Assembly (NCBI GenBank): GCA_036172345.1
Contig: JASFBB010000039.1
Span: 1 to 37,383 of the forward strand
DNA from: Anaerolineae bacterium
Lineage (GTDB): Bacteria > Chloroflexota > Anaerolineae > 4572-78 > NAK82
DNA: 37,383 nt
Direction: 5' to 3'
The position numbers and the translations under genes were made by a program. A model generated the notes under the pieces. It did no database searches and was not told where the DNA came from. It worked only from the letters and a program-made list of their open reading frames with translations. Positions 10,266 to 19,546 of this stretch are shown piece after piece (position 1 is the first letter of the stretch; each line of letters opens with the position of its first letter).

Positions 10266-12533
10266 TTAATTGTTGTGTTCTTCCTCCCACCAGCGTACCA
10301 AGGCGGCGAAGGGCAGCGCTTGTCCTTTAGGCTGGTAGTCGGTCACGTTCTCAAGCGTGCGTCCCGCGTTCCAGGTGATGATCAGCTCGCGGCGCGCACG
10401 GGTGATCCCGACGTAGAACAGGCGCAACCGCTCGGCGGCATAGTCCAATCGTGCTTGTTGAGTGGCTACACCCTCTGCATATTCCGATGGCACTCCTTCA
10501 TACAGGACGCGCAGCTGCTCCAGCGCCTCAGCTTGCAGGTTAAGGCGGTCACGGATGAACCATGGTTCCGCTATATAGGCCTCTTCCGGTTGAGCCGAGG
10601 GGAAATCATAATCGTTTACTGAGGTCAGGTAAACGCGATCCCACTCCAGGCCCTTGGCGCGGTGCATCGTGGCAACCGTCACCTCGCCGGGGCGCGGCTC
10701 ATAGGCGGTTTCGCTGAATCCCATAAAACGGCGCTCGTTGCGCGCGATCGCTTCCAGTTCACTTGCCAGCTCATTCAATCGCCAATCGGGGTTCAGTACT
10801 TGATGGGTGTGCAGTTCGATCGCCAGCTTATGCGCTAACGCCAGATCAGCCGGTTCGGTGAACAGGTCGTTTGCCACCATCAGCAATAGCTGGTCCACCG
10901 GCAACACGGTAGCAGCTTGCCAGCGTCGCGCACGTTCGCGGAATTCTGCCAGCAGGCGCATCGCATAAGCGTGGTCTCTCACTTCTTTTGGAAGACCTTC
11001 CTCGCTGGTGTTCCCATCCATCGGCCAGAGGTATCCTTCGAGGTGGTGCAGGCGCTCCAGCCAGGCGCTGATGGCGCGCCCATGTTCAGGGGGGATGGGT
11101 GTATCGGCATGTGTGCCTTGCCAATCCTCAAACATCTTCCTCAGGTGAGGGCTCTCGGCTGGTTTGCTGAGGTGACGCAGCACATGGCCCAATATCTCGG
11201 CGGCAGAACGGGTGGCCGGCGGATTGTCCAGCAGCTCGACGGTCTTCACACCCGCCTGGCGCAGTGCATCCGCCATCTGGGCGCCGCGTCGATTGCTGGG
11301 CACCAGCACGGCTACGGTCGCATTGGGATATGCATCAGAACGAGCAAGCCACTGACGCACTGATTTGACGACCTCACGAATCTCATATTCCGGCGTGTAG
11401 GCGTGGCTGACCAGGCGCACAAGCGCCGGTGCATCCGGCGGATTGGGCTGCGGATCGCCCGGTGGCGAGGGTTCTATGAAGGGGGGCATCAGCGCGTCGC
11501 GCAATGCGGTGATCGGGTGTGCCTGCTGCGTCCATGCGATCAACGCATTGGCCAGGCGGATGACGGACGGCTGGGAACGGCCAGAATTGGGCAGTTCCCA
11601 ACAACGCACGTCCGGCTCGCGCATAAAGTTGCGCAGGTACTGGGGACTGGCATTGGTGAAGGTGTAATAGATCGACTGATTCGGATCACCTACGCGCACC
11701 CATCCACCCCCGGGATGATCGGCCAGCAGGCGCAGGATGTCCTCTTGGGAGCGGCTGCTGTCCTGGGCTTCGTCTTCTAATACATAGGGCCATTGGCGGC
11801 GTAGACGCGCCAGAAAGTCCTGGTCTATCGTGAGGATATGATGGGCCAGGCGGATCAGATCATCGAAATCCACCCCGCCGCGCGCAGCTAGCCTATATTG
11901 GTAGTCAGCATAAATGTCGGCACCCATGCGGGCGAGGGGGAGCGCCACAGGTGTGGCGGCCAGATATGCGTGCAACTGCTCGACGGTCACTCGCTGATCT
12001 TTGGCGCGCCTGATAAACGCGCGGGCGACATCGCGCATCAGCTCTGGCCATTTTCCCTTCAAGACCCATCTCCGGCTTTTCGCGCTCATTTCTTCGCGCG
12101 TCAGGTAATACTCGGGGAAGTCGGGATTGGCATGGCACCAGTCTTGCACGGTCTCCTCCAGGATGCGTGCCGCTTCGCCCTCGTCCACGATGACGAAATC
12201 CTCTGAGAGTCCGACCAATCCGGGGCGCTGGCGCACGATATCGTGTGCCAGGCCATGGAGTGTGCGCACGCGGTATCCCATGCCCGGCAGCAGGTTCATC
12301 TCCTTGATGAAGCTGGCAATGCGCAGCCGGAAATTGTCCACCGCCGAGTTGACCAGCGTGACGATCAGTACTTCTTGGTCTTCGGCGATCTTGTTGGCCA
12401 CCAGCTGGGCGGCCAGATAGGACAGGGTATGCGTCTTGCCGCTGCCCGGCACGGCGCTGATGGCCATCTTGCCGCCGCGCGCCAGGTAGTCTTCCACCAG
12501 CTCCAGTTGATGTGGGCGTGGGATGAAGACCAT
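10266..12533 (-). CDS. UvrD/PcrA-like SF1A ATP-dependent helicase (motifs intact, no nuclease domain)
   Basis: Motif I AVPGSGKT, Ib TLHGLA, DFDDLI, II LEDEAQD, III VGDPNQSIY, IV LPNSGRS, V TMHRAKGLEW, VI LFYVGITRARR. Confidence 0.9.
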   Translation of the reverse strand: MVFIPRPHQLELVEDYLARGGKMAISAVPGSGKTHTLSYLAAQLVANKIAEDQEVLIVTLVNSAVDNFRLRIASFIKEMNLLPGMGYRVRTLHGLAHDIVRQRPGLVGLSEDFVIVDEGEAARILEETVQDWCHANPDFPEYYLTREEMSAKSRRWVLKGKWPELMRDVARAFIRRAKDQRVTVEQLHAYLAATPVALPLARMGADIYADYQYRLAARGGVDFDDLIRLAHHILTIDQDFLARLRRQWPYVLEDEAQDSSRSQEDILRLLADHPGGGWVRVGDPNQSIYYTFTNASPQYLRNFMREPDVRCWELPNSGRSQPSVIRLANALIAWTQQAHPITALRDALMPPFIEPSPPGDPQPNPPDAPALVRLVSHAYTPEYEIREVVKSVRQWLARSDAYPNATVAVLVPSNRRGAQMADALRQAGVKTVELLDNPPATRSAAEILGHVLRHLSKPAESPHLRKMFEDWQGTHADTPIPPEHGRAISAWLERLHHLEGYLWPMDGNTSEEGLPKEVRDHAYAMRLLAEFRERARRWQAATVLPVDQLLLMVANDLFTEPADLALAHKLAIELHTHQVLNPDWRLNELASELEAIARNERRFMGFSETAYEPRPGEVTVATMHRAKGLEWDRVYLTSVNDYDFPSAQPEEAYIAEPWFIRDRLNLQAEALEQLRVLYEGVPSEYAEGVATQQARLDYAAERLRLFYVGITRARRELIITWNAGRTLENVTDYQPKGQALPFAALVRWWEEEHNN

Positions 12534-14705
12534 CTACCGCACCCTCCGTAATGCAGCCTGGATCGCTCGCAGGAGGGGGCCCTGCTGCTCATAGCCTTGC
12601 TCGCTGAGGTCACTGATGCCCACGTAGATGCCACGACGACAGCGATAGGCCAACCCCATCACCAAGCGATATAATGCCTCCTGGCGCGCGTTGAACTCGT
12701 CTTCGTCATTCCATGGCCGCCCCACTTCCCAATCCCGCCGTAACACATGGGGATGGGTGAGCGGCTGATGAATGCGCTCCCACCAACCTGTGCTGCCGAT
12801 GTCCAGCCAGAATTGATAATCTACGAATCGATTAGTCATCAAGAAGCTATAGGCCGGGGTAAGTAACACAACTTCTTGTGAGCTGCCTCGCTCATCTGGC
12901 AAGTAGGTGGCTGCCAACAGTCGACGTTGGACCATTTGGATGAAGCGTGCACCCAGTGGGCGCTCGTCAGATAGGCCGGGCACCATCTCGAGGGCTTGGC
13001 GGAATTTGCGCGCCGATTCGATCAGTTGGGCGGCGATGCGCGGGTTGTCTAGCGCATGCGAAGCACCAGGAGCGGAGGGTGGGATGGCAACGTAGGGGTG
13101 AAAGCCGAATCCATAATGTGAAAGAATTTCGCCGAACAGGCGTCCTAGAAAGTGGTCCACCGCTTCCTCGCCCTCAGGACAGGTGTGCTGATAGTCCAGC
13201 ATCCATTCGCGCAACTTCTCGTAGCGTTCGCCAATCGAAGGGGTGATGCGCTCGCGCATGTCACCTTGAATGTTATGAAAGGAGCTCAGCCACGGGGTTT
13301 GACTAGGTCGGTAGACCACCTCGGTCAGCAGCCAGGCGCGCACCAAGTCCAGCCCGGCGATGGCTTGCATCAATGCCAACACTACATCGAATTTGGGTGG
13401 TTGTATCTGCCAGTGGGGATATGCTAACTGGGTCAGCGTCAACATGCAACGCGCTGCCGGCTCATCCCACAAGGCGCGTGAGGGACGATGGGAACGGGCA
13501 GGGATCTGACGTGCGGCCAACCTGTCCAATAGTGAAAAACGTAAGGCGTCACTCACAAAGGGGGCCAACACAACGATTTCGCCAGGCGGCACCCCCTCTC
13601 TTCGGATCAAGTGCTCAATCTGCTCCACCACCCAGTCGAGCATCTGAGGGTGGAAACGACATACTTGCTCGCCCGGAGTATGCAGAATGCGCCGGAAGTC
13701 GGGAGCCATCTGCTCGTTCATCTGGTGCAATAAGGCGCGAGCGTTGTTTCGGCTTAAACTCAGTCCGATATGGTAAGCGAGGTGAAGCACATCTGGCGGT
13801 GCGACCAATGGGCGCGAAATCTCCCAGCGATGTTCGCAGACGTCGGCCAGACGTGCGGCACTGAGCGGATCCGCACCCAGGAAGATGCGATGACCTCCCG
13901 ATCCATCATACACGATGAAGGCGGATTCGCAGTGGCCTACCCATTCGCTCAACAGATCATGCATAACCGGCGTATCCTCTTCCAAGTTGTCTGCGATCAG
14001 ATGACGATAACGCTCAAAGAGATACGCTTGCACCGCCGGCTGTGGATATAGGTGCTGCACAAATGTGTCTATCTGGAGCGAGAAGTCGAGCAAGTTATGC
14101 GCCAGACAGTATTGTCGAAATCTCTGAATGCAATCGCCGACTTGGTCGAACGCGCGTCGGTGCGCTGCTTCTCCCGTCCACGCTCCCTTGAGTCGTTCCG
14201 CGACTTCGGACAAGGGGATGCCGGTCAAAGCCGCTTTGTTCAAGTTGTCGAGTAATTGGCTCAATAAGTGGCTGCGCTCAATGGTGATCGCTTCGAAGTA
14301 GTGTTCTCGCTCAATCAAGGGAGCGACGATGTGATCCATGAGATATTGTGCCGTCTCCACAGTGAGGAAGACGGGGGGATGGGTGGGATGGGCGAAGCCG
14401 GCGCGTTCGCTGATCAATGGCCAGAATAAACGGATGACACGGCGGGCCAGGCCGTCGAATGTCAAAATGTCCACTGCGCCGGCCGGGCCCAATGTAGGGT
14501 CACGCAATGCCCGGTAGTAGGGTGTGGCAAGCAACCGCTGCGGCAACAATACTAGAATGGCCGTCGTCGGCATGCCATAGCGTACCAGATGGCGCAGCCG
14601 CTCGACCGCCAATGTGGTCTTGCCGCTGCCAGGTGGCCCTTGCAGGAACACCTTGACGCGGGGGCTCAAGAGAAGCGCTTGTTGTTCTGGGTTGAGGATG
14701 CTCAA
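12534..14705 (-). CDS. Degenerate UvrD-like (SF1) helicase paralog
   Basis: Q-motif LNPEQ, Walker A GPPGSGKTT, Ib LTFDGLA, LDFSL are present, but motif II reads ADNLEED and motifs III/V/VI are eroded. Probable start is TTG at 14705, 8 nt after GGAG; the ORF-track extension to 14876 reads through a repeat. Its TAG abuts the partner's ATG. Confidence 0.8.
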   Translation of the reverse strand: MSILNPEQQALLLSPRVKVFLQGPPGSGKTTLAVERLRHLVRYGMPTTAILVLLPQRLLATPYYRALRDPTLGPAGAVDILTFDGLARRVIRLFWPLISERAGFAHPTHPPVFLTVETAQYLMDHIVAPLIEREHYFEAITIERSHLLSQLLDNLNKAALTGIPLSEVAERLKGAWTGEAAHRRAFDQVGDCIQRFRQYCLAHNLLDFSLQIDTFVQHLYPQPAVQAYLFERYRHLIADNLEEDTPVMHDLLSEWVGHCESAFIVYDGSGGHRIFLGADPLSAARLADVCEHRWEISRPLVAPPDVLHLAYHIGLSLSRNNARALLHQMNEQMAPDFRRILHTPGEQVCRFHPQMLDWVVEQIEHLIRREGVPPGEIVVLAPFVSDALRFSLLDRLAARQIPARSHRPSRALWDEPAARCMLTLTQLAYPHWQIQPPKFDVVLALMQAIAGLDLVRAWLLTEVVYRPSQTPWLSSFHNIQGDMRERITPSIGERYEKLREWMLDYQHTCPEGEEAVDHFLGRLFGEILSHYGFGFHPYVAIPPSAPGASHALDNPRIAAQLIESARKFRQALEMVPGLSDERPLGARFIQMVQRRLLAATYLPDERGSSQEVVLLTPAYSFLMTNRFVDYQFWLDIGSTGWWERIHQPLTHPHVLRRDWEVGRPWNDEDEFNARQEALYRLVMGLAYRCRRGIYVGISDLSEQGYEQQGPLLRAIQAALRRVR

Positions 14706-14781
14706 TTCTGTTGCTCCGCAAATCGCCGTGCTAAAATACGTGCTCAGCGGGTACATTTCATTTTGGGGAAAGAAGCAGGGT

Positions 14782-14846
14782 TCAAACCGAGCCGCGCGCG
14801 TGAGCAAGCGACTCCAACTGTTCCCTGACAGTCGCGACTCGGATAA
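14782..14846. repeat. REPIN-like element (family B), copy 2, inverted relative to copy 1
   Basis: GAGCCGCGCGCGTGAGCAAGCG...CTGTTCCCTGACAGTCGCGACTCGGATAA; its reverse complement aligns to 10112-10178 with one 2-nt gap. Confidence 0.8.
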
Positions 14847-14947
14847 CCGTTGCTGCTCTGGAACCGCCGCTTCCATTCACCCCCAATTGAAATACACCCG
14901 TGCTCAGCTGGTAGATTAAGTATACACGACTTGGCAGGAGGGCCATA

Positions 14948-15418
14948 ATGGGTGAGTGCTACACAGTGTATCCACGCACCCTAGTTTTCCTGATCAGGGG
15001 GGATGAGGTGCTCCTCATTCGACGCCATGCCGGTGCGCGTCTGTTCCCCGGCTTGTTCAACGGTGTTGGCGGGCATATGGAACGCGGCGAGGATGTCCTC
15101 TCTGCAGCGCTCTGAGAGGTGGAGGAAGAAGCCGGTTTGCATGTTGAGACGTTGCAATTACGTGCCATTCTTAGCATCGCTCACGCCCAGCTGGATCGAG
15201 ATGGCGAGGGACGTAAACACGATGACGGACCGGGGGCATTGGTGTTCATCTTTGTTGGCTATCCACCTCCTGATGAAGTGACCTCGGGGCAGGCAGGAGA
15301 ATTGCGTTGGATACCGTTGGATCGTTTGTGTGATCTACCGGTGGTGCCCGACCTGTGTGACATTCTACCACGTATTCTCGGGCATCACGACACAACGCCC
15401 CTTTTCCTGAGCGCATGA
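14948..15418 (+). pseudogene. Nudix (MutT-like) hydrolase with an in-frame TGA
   Basis: SD AGGAGG then ATG at 14948; the Nudix box reads GGHMERGEDVLSAAL*EVEEEAGL, with TGA (15113-15115) at the conserved Arg. The frame stays open to TGA at 15418 (...GELRWIPL...). Confidence 0.85.
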
Positions 15419-15489
15419 TCATCGGAACCGGGCGTGGCTTATCATCAGGGGGATTTCATCGCGTGATAACAGGGGGTATGCTTGCTTAG

Positions 15490-17730
15490 ATGGCAGATGG
15501 GACACGCTCGCGTGGCACGCTCAACCCTAAGCTGGTGAGCAAAGAATTAGCGCCCGTACTCAACGCGGCTGCGGCGCGAATGGGCGTGCTCGGCCATGGG
15601 GTCTTGACCCCGGAGATTCTGCTCCTCACTTTTGTTGAAAGCCCGCAGGCGAACGCTTACAGGGTGTTACAGCAGCTGATTGCGGGGCGTGGCTATCGCT
15701 GGGAGCGTTTTGTGGAGGAGGTCACCTCGCTTGCCCGCGGACGTGCCGCGCCGGATGTGGAGTTCGACTGGGTGGCGGATGACAGCCGCCGCGTTTCTTT
15801 GTCAGATGGGCTCCTGATTGTGCTGGACGAGGCGCTCACCCTGGCGCGCGCCCGTGAGGAAGTGTACATCGGGACGGAACACGTATTGGTGGGCATGACC
15901 GATCGGCGCGTCGCGGTGGCGCGTTTGCTCGAAAACTATGGGATCACACCCCGTGCGGCTCAGGAGATGCTCGTAACTTTCAGCATTGCGCGTGATACTA
16001 CTACGACGGACTATGTCGCGTTGGCAAAGCAAGGGGAAATCACGCCAGTGTACTTCCGCGAGCGCTTGCTGCGCGATCTGGTCGGCTTGCTCACCCTGAG
16101 AACCGATCGTCACGTGATACTGGTTGGTGCAACGGGAGTGGGGAAACGCTCGCTCGCCTACAGCTTGGCACTTCTGATGGCGGAGGACAAGGGTCCATCC
16201 GGGCTGAAAAGCTTGGTCGTGATCAACGAACAGGCATTGCTCGACAACGCCCTGACCGCCGTGCAGAGTGGGTTGCGGCGTGCCAAAGGGGGGATCCTGT
16301 TTGTGCCGCACATCGCACGCTTCTTCGGAGGATTGCGCAGCGACTTCCCAGAAGCGGCAGGCAAGGAGCTGCAAAAAGCGTTTCTCGACGACGAAATCGC
16401 TGTCATTGGCAGCGCTACGGAGGTCGAATACACGGAGCGTTTGCAGCCTAACGCGGTGCTCAGTGAACATGCGCATGTGCTGCGCGTCGAGCCCACCACG
16501 TTGGAAGAGACAGTCGCCATTTTGGATGTCATCCGGCCGCGCATCGCTGCGGATTACGGAGTGCACCTCGCCGATGAGAGTTTGAAGGAAGCTGCCAAAC
16601 TGGCCGGGCGCTATTTGACCGATACCTCGCTGCCGGCCAGCGCCGTGCAGCTGTTGCATCGTACGTGTGCGATGCTCCATATGGGGCTGCATTCTGGCGC
16701 GAGCTGGCAGCCGCACTCGGCCAGGGACGACACGGTGGATGCCGAAGATGTTATGCTTATGGTCAGCCAGCTGACCGGCATACCGGTCAGGCGGCTCGGC
16801 GCCGATGAGCGTGCCCGCTACGCCAATATGGTGGAGCATTTACGGGAACGCATCATCGGGCAGGATGAAGCGGTGTTAGCAGTAAGTCGTGCCGTAAGGA
16901 TGGCGCGTGCCGGCCTGAAAGACCCACGCCGCCCGGTTGGCTCTTTCTTCTTTCTGGGTCCCACTGGGGTGGGCAAAACTGAATTGGCCAAAGCGTTGGC
17001 GGAGTTCCTGTTTGGCAGTGAGGAGGCTATGATCGTGCTCGATATGACCGAGTTTCAGGACGAGAATGCGGTGAGTCGCTTGATCGGTGCACCACCCGGC
17101 TACGTGGGCTACGAGGAAGGTGGTCGGCTGACCGAGAGGATGGCCAGGATGCCTTATGCGGTGGTGCTGTTCGACGAGGCAGAGAAAGCCCATCCGCGCG
17201 TCTTGGATGTGTTGTTACAAGTCATGGAAGAGGGACGGCTGACCGATGGCAAGGGACGCACGGTCAGCTTTGCCGAGGCGGTGATCATTCTCACCAGCAA
17301 CATCGGTAGTCAGTACCTATCTGATTCCCAGCTTCCGATTGCGGTCGCGCGCGAAGCCGTCCAGGAGGAGCTGAAACGCCACTTTCGGCCAGAGTTTCTC
17401 AACCGCTTCACCGAGATTGTGTTCTTCAATCGCTTGGACGAGACAGCTTTGCGTGCGGTCCTGGATTTGCTGCTCAAAAAGGAGATTGCCTTAGCAGCAG
17501 AGCGCGCCATCACGTTAGAAGTCACCGAGATGGCGCGCTCATGGTTATTGCGGCAAAACGATCAGCCCGAATGGGGTGCTCGGCCGTTGCGGCGCATCAT
17601 CGAACGTTATATCCGAGAACCGCTGGCAGACTGGATTCTGCGCCAGGATCCCGCACCAGGCGCCTTGGTGCGAATCGATGTAGAGGAGGATCGTCTGGTG
17701 CTTCTGCCGATGCGAAGCGAGCCCCCCTAG
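15490..17730 (+). CDS. Atypical Hsp100/Clp (ClpA/B/C-like) AAA+ ATPase
   Basis: Two Clp_N repeats (TPEILLL, IGTEHVL). D2 is intact: GPTGVGKTE, GAPPGYVGY, LFDEAEKAHP, FRPEFLNR, GARPLRR. D1 is degenerate. Confidence 0.88.
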   Translation: MADGTRSRGTLNPKLVSKELAPVLNAAAARMGVLGHGVLTPEILLLTFVESPQANAYRVLQQLIAGRGYRWERFVEEVTSLARGRAAPDVEFDWVADDSRRVSLSDGLLIVLDEALTLARAREEVYIGTEHVLVGMTDRRVAVARLLENYGITPRAAQEMLVTFSIARDTTTTDYVALAKQGEITPVYFRERLLRDLVGLLTLRTDRHVILVGATGVGKRSLAYSLALLMAEDKGPSGLKSLVVINEQALLDNALTAVQSGLRRAKGGILFVPHIARFFGGLRSDFPEAAGKELQKAFLDDEIAVIGSATEVEYTERLQPNAVLSEHAHVLRVEPTTLEETVAILDVIRPRIAADYGVHLADESLKEAAKLAGRYLTDTSLPASAVQLLHRTCAMLHMGLHSGASWQPHSARDDTVDAEDVMLMVSQLTGIPVRRLGADERARYANMVEHLRERIIGQDEAVLAVSRAVRMARAGLKDPRRPVGSFFFLGPTGVGKTELAKALAEFLFGSEEAMIVLDMTEFQDENAVSRLIGAPPGYVGYEEGGRLTERMARMPYAVVLFDEAEKAHPRVLDVLLQVMEEGRLTDGKGRTVSFAEAVIILTSNIGSQYLSDSQLPIAVAREAVQEELKRHFRPEFLNRFTEIVFFNRLDETALRAVLDLLLKKEIALAAERAITLEVTEMARSWLLRQNDQPEWGARPLRRIIERYIREPLADWILRQDPAPGALVRIDVEEDRLVLLPMRSEPP

Positions 17731-17749
17731 GTCATATCCTGGGCAAACG

Positions 17750-18409
17750 CTATGCCTCCTCTTCTTCCTCACGCTCCAGTCGTCGTCGGACGAGCTCAGG
17801 TTCTTCGGTTGGCGCCTCCTCAACTGCTTCTTCTACCACCTCCGCAATGCGCGGTGCCTCGATGCGCGCGATCATGGTCTCGGGTTCCGTCAACACGGTG
17901 ATCGCTTTCGGCAGCTTCAGGTCGCTGACGGTGATGACGTCGTGGATGCGCCTCAGCACGCTCAGATCCACTTCGATCGCCGCCGGCAGATCAGCCGGGA
18001 AGCAGTGCACCTCGACATAGTCAATGCCATATACCAAAATGCCTCCGAGATCCTTCACCGCCGGCGCTTCACCGGTCAAGTGCAGCGGTACTTCTGCGGT
18101 GATCTTTTCGGTCATAACCACCTGTTGGAAGTCGACGTGAATGATGTGATGGTGCAGCAAATCGCGCTGCACTTCGCGCGTCAGCACGGAGACAGGTTCA
18201 CGGTCGGCGATTTGCAGGTTGATCAGCTTGCTCCCACCCGCTTGGGCGAGTGTCTTTTGCAACGCTTTTGCTTCAACCTGAATCGGAGTGGTGGGATAGT
18301 GACTGCCATATACGACGGCCGGCACCCAACCTTGCGCCCTGAGCTGTCGCACTTGTTTGCCAAAATGTGTGCGCAGAGCTGCACTCAGCTCGATCTGTTC
18401 CATTGCCAT
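17750..18409 (-). CDS. rplY: 50S ribosomal protein L25/Ctc (long form)
   Basis: GKQVRQLRAQGWVPAVVYG, HVDFQ, C-terminal TL5 domain with acidic tail; SD AGGAG upstream. Confidence 0.95.
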   Translation of the reverse strand: MAMEQIELSAALRTHFGKQVRQLRAQGWVPAVVYGSHYPTTPIQVEAKALQKTLAQAGGSKLINLQIADREPVSVLTREVQRDLLHHHIIHVDFQQVVMTEKITAEVPLHLTGEAPAVKDLGGILVYGIDYVEVHCFPADLPAAIEVDLSVLRRIHDVITVSDLKLPKAITVLTEPETMIARIEAPRIAEVVEEAVEEAPTEEPELVRRRLEREEEEEA

Positions 18410-18439
18410 TTCGCTCCTGTAAAGGGAAATCCAAATTGG

Positions 18440-18468
18440 ATAATAATCGCAAAGGTCAATCCCGTCAA
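18440..18468 (-). promoter_or_regulatory. Putative sigma70 promoter of rplY
   Basis: Minus strand TTGACG, 17-nt spacer, TATTAT. Confidence 0.55.
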
Positions 18469-18751
18469 CTTTGTGTGATCACTCAATATGAGAGCGTTAC
18501 GTAGGGCAGCAGGAACAATCATATCGCTCTGGGGATCGCGATAACTCTCGTCGGATAAGGCTGCAGGGGTGTCTAAGAGTGAGGACACCTGCTGAGCTAC
18601 CAATCGGGATTTTGGCGATTTGGGCAAAAACGGGGTTATATTTATAATGGTGACTAAGCTGGTCAAGTTGTTCCACAGTGATTCGGGACAGTTTAAACGC
18701 TCTTAGGACATCACTTTCTACTGACTGTTAGGAGTAAAAAAGGAGGAATCG

Positions 18752-19360
18752 ATGAGTAACCAGAGCAGTGTCCATGTATTGCCCCCCTTACCGTATGCCG
18801 AAAGCGCACTGGAGCCGATCATCTCCGCCACTACTATCGGCTTTCACTATGGCAAGCATCATCGCGCGTATCTGGACAACATGAACAAGCTGATTGCGGG
18901 CACCGAGCTCACCGACCTGAGCTTGGAGGAACTCATCCGTGCGGTGGCGGGCAAGCCAGACAAAGTGGCTGTCTTCAACAACGCCGCACAGACCTGGAAC
19001 CATACTTTCTACTGGAACAGCTTGCGACCCAATGGTGGTGGTGAGCCACCGGCAGCTCTGAAGCAAGTTATTCAGGCGGCATTCGGAGATATGGAGAAGT
19101 TCAAGCAAGAGTTCGCCAATGCAGCGGTGACCCAATTTGGCAGCGGCTGGGCATGGTTGGTGCGCGACGGGGATACACTGAAGATTGTCAAGACGGGCAA
19201 TGCGGAGACGCCATTGGTATCAGGGATGAAACCGCTGCTCACCATCGACGTGTGGGAGCACGCCTATTATCTGGACTATCAGAATCGGCGTGCAGATTAT
19301 GTCAACGCTGTTATCGATAAGCTGCTGAACTGGGAGTTCGCGCTGGCGAATTGGGGATGA
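18752..19360 (+). CDS. sodB: Superoxide dismutase, Fe-type
   Basis: [20 protein letters not shown] (AAQ is the Fe-type signature), [17 protein letters not shown]; strong AGGAGG SD. Confidence 0.93.
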   Translation: MSNQSSVHVLPPLPYAESALEPIISATTIGFHYGKHHRAYLDNMNKLIAGTELTDLSLEELIRAVAGKPDKVAVFNNAAQTWNHTFYWNSLRPNGGGEPPAALKQVIQAAFGDMEKFKQEFANAAVTQFGSGWAWLVRDGDTLKIVKTGNAETPLVSGMKPLLTIDVWEHAYYLDYQNRRADYVNAVIDKLLNWEFALANWG

Positions 19361-19387
19361 TCCTCGAATAAAGAGGACCCGGATCAC

Positions 19388-19421
19388 GAAAAGCGCGAAA
19401 ACCTCTTTTTTCGCGCTTTTC
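19388..19421. terminator. Hairpin between convergent genes (possible bidirectional terminator)
   Basis: GAAAAGCGCGAAAA-cctctt-TTTTCGCGCTTTTC, 14-bp perfect stem. Confidence 0.6.
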
Positions 19422-19546
19422 ATGCGTTTTGCTCTTCTGATCTCACTTAACGGATGGATGCGAGCGACGTCCCAATCAACGCGCACCACACCTGCCAGTG
19501 GGCGATGAGCTCGTATTCTCCCACGTGTGACAGAGTGTGATGGGCC

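Noticed and set aside
14706-14876. N-terminal 57 aa of the 780-aa ORF
   Set aside because: It reads through the REPIN-like repeat; a better SD plus TTG lies at 14705, just before the Q-motif.
15113-15165. Selenocysteine recoding of the Nudix TGA (weak hairpin TTGCA...TGCAA downstream)
   Set aside because: The position is a conserved Arg, not Cys; a CGA to TGA transition is more parsimonious.
18630-18660. PerR/Fur box upstream of sodB
   Set aside because: Only one half-site (TTATAAT) is present, which may simply be a -10 element.
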